Shown in pieces: positions 34,084-36,998 of a stretch of DNA of 36,998 nt. The translations under genes were made by a program, and so were the position numbers. Under the pieces are notes generated by a model that searched no databases, was not told where the DNA came from, and saw only the letters and a program-made list of their open reading frames with translations. How positions within the stretch are numbered: the stretch's first letter is position 1; every line of letters starts with the position of its first letter. The stretch comes from an uncultured Gammaproteobacteria bacterium (GTDB lineage Bacteria > Cyanobacteriota > Vampirovibrionia > LMEP-6097), in NCBI GenBank assembly GCA_964597205.1, contig CAZQXM010000003.1:1-36998 (forward strand). Direction: 5' to 3'.

Positions 34084-36282
34084 TTAACCGGACATGCTCG
34101 GGATTAAATGTGCAGCATCTGCGGTTTTGACAGCTGGTGCTAGCCTGTTTGCTGGCATTGGATTATTGAGCGGCATATTCATAGCTGCTTGCATTTGTTG
34201 TTGTATAGGATTTTCAGGAGTTTCACTTCTTACGTAGAAGAATTTTTTAATCACTGTAAGCGGTATCGCTATGATCCCGCCTAAACCAGGTATTAAGCCT
34301 CGTATTATAGTCTCAATTCTAGTCAACAAGTTATAAACTTGTTGTTTTCCTTTATCACGCTGACTTAATTCACCAACTGGAACAGAAGTTTTAAAGAGCT
34401 TACCAGTGATCGGATTCAAGATTAGAGTCTTAAGGAATCTTCTAGATACGTCCAATGATGTGATAGTTTTAACGTGGCGTTCTTGACTTTGCGCTTCTTT
34501 TTCTAATCGGTTGAGTAATTCTAGATAGCTTGATTCATGGTGGAACACATTGGCTCCAAGCTCTTTATCATGGATAATGCGATTGAGTGCTTGACCAACA
34601 AATCTAGCAAACGGTATCCAATTGCTATTAAGTAGTTTCTCTTGTAGCTTAACTAATTCATCCATAGCGTTGTAGCTGAAATCACCCTTAGCTAATGCAT
34701 ATTTTTGTCTCTGACCAAAAACCATAGCAATGATTTTTGGTACACGAGTGCTGCAAGCGTAGACCATAAAGCTTGGTAGAGCAAGGAAGGTTGAAGCTAA
34801 GCCTAATCCAATATCAAGGCTCTTCATCAACCAATTACCCTGAGCTTGTATATCTGGGTCACTGATTCTTGGAATCGCTGCTGGTAATAGCATCAATAAG
34901 GATTGTATTGGTCTAGTGATGTGATCAAGCTCTTCAATAATTGTATTTTTATTGATAAAGCCTTTGATCTTGTTTTGAGGGTCTTTTTGTATCTGCTCTA
35001 AGGCTTCTCTTTGCTCTGGCGACATCTCTGCTAATTCTTTTTCAGTTCGTGTTCGTGCTGATAAGGTGATGCGCTCAGTACTTGCATCATAAGGAAGTAT
35101 CGTCCTCATTAGATCTTTTACCAGAGGCATGTTGCAAATTGACTCAGCTCCTGTTATTAACCAAGATTTACAGTTATCAATAGTCCTATTTACAGTTCCT
35201 TCTATCTGTGCGGAAGTTTGATCTAGATCAATTTTTGCAAGCGTTTTAATATTGTACTTATCACCTATTTTCTGTAACACTTCGCGTATCTTGGAAGTAA
35301 AGCCTGTTAAATATTGGCTTACCATTTTTTGTTGTTCCCCTTCACTAAAAATCTTTCTGAATCTAGAGAAAGAACCAAATAATGATGGTATGGCTAATAA
35401 TGAACCTATAACTCCCTGCAATATATGAGAACCATTGATGCCGTAGTGTCCATTTGCCTGAGCCTGGCTCATTCCTGTTGTCCTAGCAAGTTTAAATGAC
35501 ATTAAAGTCTTATAGAAAGCATTAAGATTGGCTGATACTGGCTGAAAAACGTCACCCAATCGAGCTATAAAATTAGCAGCTTTATATTTAATATTGTTAT
35601 TGTTGTAGGTATTTCCCAGTCTGAAAATTGCGGCACTAGCATAACCTGGTATCGACAAAAGAGTACCAAGTAGAGAAGTAAATTTAGCAAGCGGTGGAAA
35701 GAATGCTTCCCAAGCACTAGCAATTTTAGTATTCTCGCCTTCTGGTTTTTTAAGGAAGAAGCTTGAAGCCATATTCTCATAAGAAAATATTAGAGACCCA
35801 ATACTGCCGGCAAGTCTTGGGTCAAGAATATTATTAAGCCAGCCAAGTTTAGGACCAAGAAATTTTTTAAATTCTGGATAACTTTGCTCTATCTTTTCAC
35901 CAAGATTAGTTTTGTTAGGGTTTTCTGGACTTGCTATTTCCTTCCTAGCCAAATCTGAAACTACTGCCCTACCTCTAGTAAGTGGTGTACTAACAGTTCC
36001 TATTACTCTTGAGATGAAAGTAAGAAAATCATGGAAGAGGTCTCTTTGCTGATTATCCGAACCAAATTGAGCAACTTGCTCTGCTTGGTTGGCAAGTATG
36101 CCACCCATCGCCGCTAAACCTAATAAACCTAGAGGAAGAGTTCTTTGGCCAGGAGTTAAAGTTTCCTGTGCAATAGCATTGCTGGCTGCTGCGGGGCCGC
36201 CAGCAAATATGCGCTTGAACCACGGCCGTGGCTCTTGTTGAGCTCCAATGATGCTCATCTTATTTAGCCAGTAATCTGGCAA
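34084..36282 (-). CDS. large hypothetical membrane-associated protein, no recognisable family
   Basis: 732-aa uninterrupted ORF. The track start is TTG at 36282, with an ATG alternative at 36258 (MSIIGAQ...). Several Gly/Ala/Leu-rich hydrophobic segments, helical polar regions, and a Q/N/P/M-rich C-terminal tail. Confidence 0.65.
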   Translation of the reverse strand: MPDYWLNKMSIIGAQQEPRPWFKRIFAGGPAAASNAIAQETLTPGQRTLPLGLLGLAAMGGILANQAEQVAQFGSDNQQRDLFHDFLTFISRVIGTVSTPLTRGRAVVSDLARKEIASPENPNKTNLGEKIEQSYPEFKKFLGPKLGWLNNILDPRLAGSIGSLIFSYENMASSFFLKKPEGENTKIASAWEAFFPPLAKFTSLLGTLLSIPGYASAAIFRLGNTYNNNNIKYKAANFIARLGDVFQPVSANLNAFYKTLMSFKLARTTGMSQAQANGHYGINGSHILQGVIGSLLAIPSLFGSFSRFRKIFSEGEQQKMVSQYLTGFTSKIREVLQKIGDKYNIKTLAKIDLDQTSAQIEGTVNRTIDNCKSWLITGAESICNMPLVKDLMRTILPYDASTERITLSARTRTEKELAEMSPEQREALEQIQKDPQNKIKGFINKNTIIEELDHITRPIQSLLMLLPAAIPRISDPDIQAQGNWLMKSLDIGLGLASTFLALPSFMVYACSTRVPKIIAMVFGQRQKYALAKGDFSYNAMDELVKLQEKLLNSNWIPFARFVGQALNRIIHDKELGANVFHHESSYLELLNRLEKEAQSQERHVKTITSLDVSRRFLKTLILNPITGKLFKTSVPVGELSQRDKGKQQVYNLLTRIETIIRGLIPGLGGIIAIPLTVIKKFFYVRSETPENPIQQQMQAAMNMPLNNPMPANRLAPAVKTADAAHLIPSMSG

Positions 36283-36391
36283 TACCTATTTTAGCGAATA
36301 ATGCGTTAATATGTATTAAAATATTAGCCCTGAGCAAGGCTAAAAAAGCCTATGGTTGAGGCACTCATATTAAATTATAACATTATTATAA

Positions 36392-36468
36392 TGGTGTGCT
36401 TGGCGGGATTCGAACCCACGACCCCCAGTTCCGGAAACTGGTGCTCTATCCAGCTGAGCTACAAGCAC
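36392..36468 (-). tRNA. tRNA-Arg (anticodon CCG), CCA end encoded
   Basis: Reverse complement: GTGCTTG-TA-GCTC-AGCTGGATA-GAGC-A-CCAGT-TTCCGGA-ACTGG-GGGTC-GTGGG-TTCGAAT-CCCGC-CAAGCAC-A-CCA. This gives a 7-bp acceptor stem, a full cloverleaf, a TTCGAAT T-loop and anticodon loop TT-CCG-GA. Confidence 0.9.
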
Positions 36469-36476
36469 AGAAGAAA

Positions 36477-36998
36477 TTAACGCCGATTCCGTAGCTCTTT
36501 CAATTTCTGAAGTAGCTCACGCTCCTCGCCGCTAATTTTATTTGGGGTTTCCACTTTAACTTTCACAAAATGATCGCCGTATTGTCCGCTGCGATTTAAT
36601 TTAGGCATTCCCTTATTCTTGATTGTGTAAACCTGTCCGAACTGAGTGCCAGCTTTAATTTCTAGTTTTGCTTTACCTTGCACAGTTTCGATTTCTAAAT
36701 TTTCACCGAGTGCTGCTTCAGGATACTCTAACTTAAGTTCAGTATAAATATCAGCACCATGTCTTTCGAATTTCGGATCATGAGCTACATGCAAGACCAC
36801 ATAAATATCACCGTTAGGTCCGCCGTGCTTACCAGCATCACCCATACCATGTAATCTCAGATGCGAACCATCTTCAACACCAGCAGGGATCTTGATCTCA
36901 ACTTCTTTTTCTTCGCGTTGTTGCCCGCGTCCTTTGCAAGTGTTGCAAGGATTTTTGATAATTTTGCCTTTGCCTTTGCAGGTTGGACAAGTCTGTGC
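36477..36998 (-). CDS. dnaJ: molecular chaperone DnaJ, C-terminal part (5' end outside the window)
   Basis: The reading frame stays open to the window edge. It encodes the end of the Cys-rich zinc finger (CPTCKGKGKIIKNPCNTCKGRG), then the CTD I/II (GDAGKHGGPNGDIYVVLHV..., YGDHFVKVKVETP). Confidence 0.85.
   Translation of the reverse strand, partial: AQTCPTCKGKGKIIKNPCNTCKGRGQQREEKEVEIKIPAGVEDGSHLRLHGMGDAGKHGGPNGDIYVVLHVAHDPKFERHGADIYTELKLEYPEAALGENLEIETVQGKAKLEIKAGTQFGQVYTIKNKGMPKLNRSGQYGDHFVKVKVETPNKISGEERELLQKLKELRNRR

Noticed and set aside
36324-36343. 6-bp hairpin TTAGCC-N8-GGCTAA downstream of the tRNA as a terminator
   Set aside because: The stem is short and weak, with only a modest T-rich tail on the minus strand. 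The evidence is too marginal to annotate.
1-36998. Cyanobacterial HIP1 (GCGATCGC) repeats, IS elements, integrases, prophage genes, rRNA operons
   Set aside because: Scanning by eye found no GCGATCGC occurrences and no ORF with transposase, integrase or phage hallmarks. Absence of HIP1 neither supports nor excludes the tentative cyanobacteria-related placement.

Overview
This window is a chromosomal segment from a diderm bacterium; by eye it is roughly 40% GC (not computed). About two thirds is housekeeping: bamA-like Omp85, an ndhK/ndhJ (nuoB/nuoC) pair, polA, a DUF151-type nuclease, a trpE-like chorismate enzyme, secA, a group-3/FliA-type sigma factor, an orphan mlaE-like permease, acs, alaS, ftsH, a CDGSH protein, tRNA-Arg(CCG) and a partial dnaJ. 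The NdhK sequence, the scattered mlaE and the group-3 sigma factor look, from memory, cyanobacteria-like, possibly a non-photosynthetic relative. This assignment is tentative. The accessory part (about 23.2-34.1 kb) is one tightly coupled plus-strand operon encoding a Tad/Flp-type pilus machine. It contains a TPR protein, an unknown secreted protein, two tiny pilin-like ORFs missing from the ORF track, CpaB/RcpC, a TadZ/CpaE-like protein, the TadA/CpaF ATPase, TadB, TadC, a secretin, two small N-terminally hydrophobic proteins and a response regulator. Several parts are non-canonical. The pilins appear leaderless and lack the Flp G/XXXXEY motif, no prepilin peptidase is present in the window, and the TadZ Walker A is degenerate. 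A 732-aa orphan membrane-associated protein lies convergent to the operon, next to the tRNA. Other oddities are a 39-bp in-frame repeat present twice inside the trpE-like gene, a roughly 100-aa insertion in SecA, and a tandem 74-nt unit (conserved 18-mer plus divergent terminator hairpins) upstream of the CDGSH gene. There is also a 123-bp MITE-like inverted-repeat element and a LuxR-type regulator with a degenerate receiver. I saw no rRNA, CRISPR array, transposase, integrase or phage genes.
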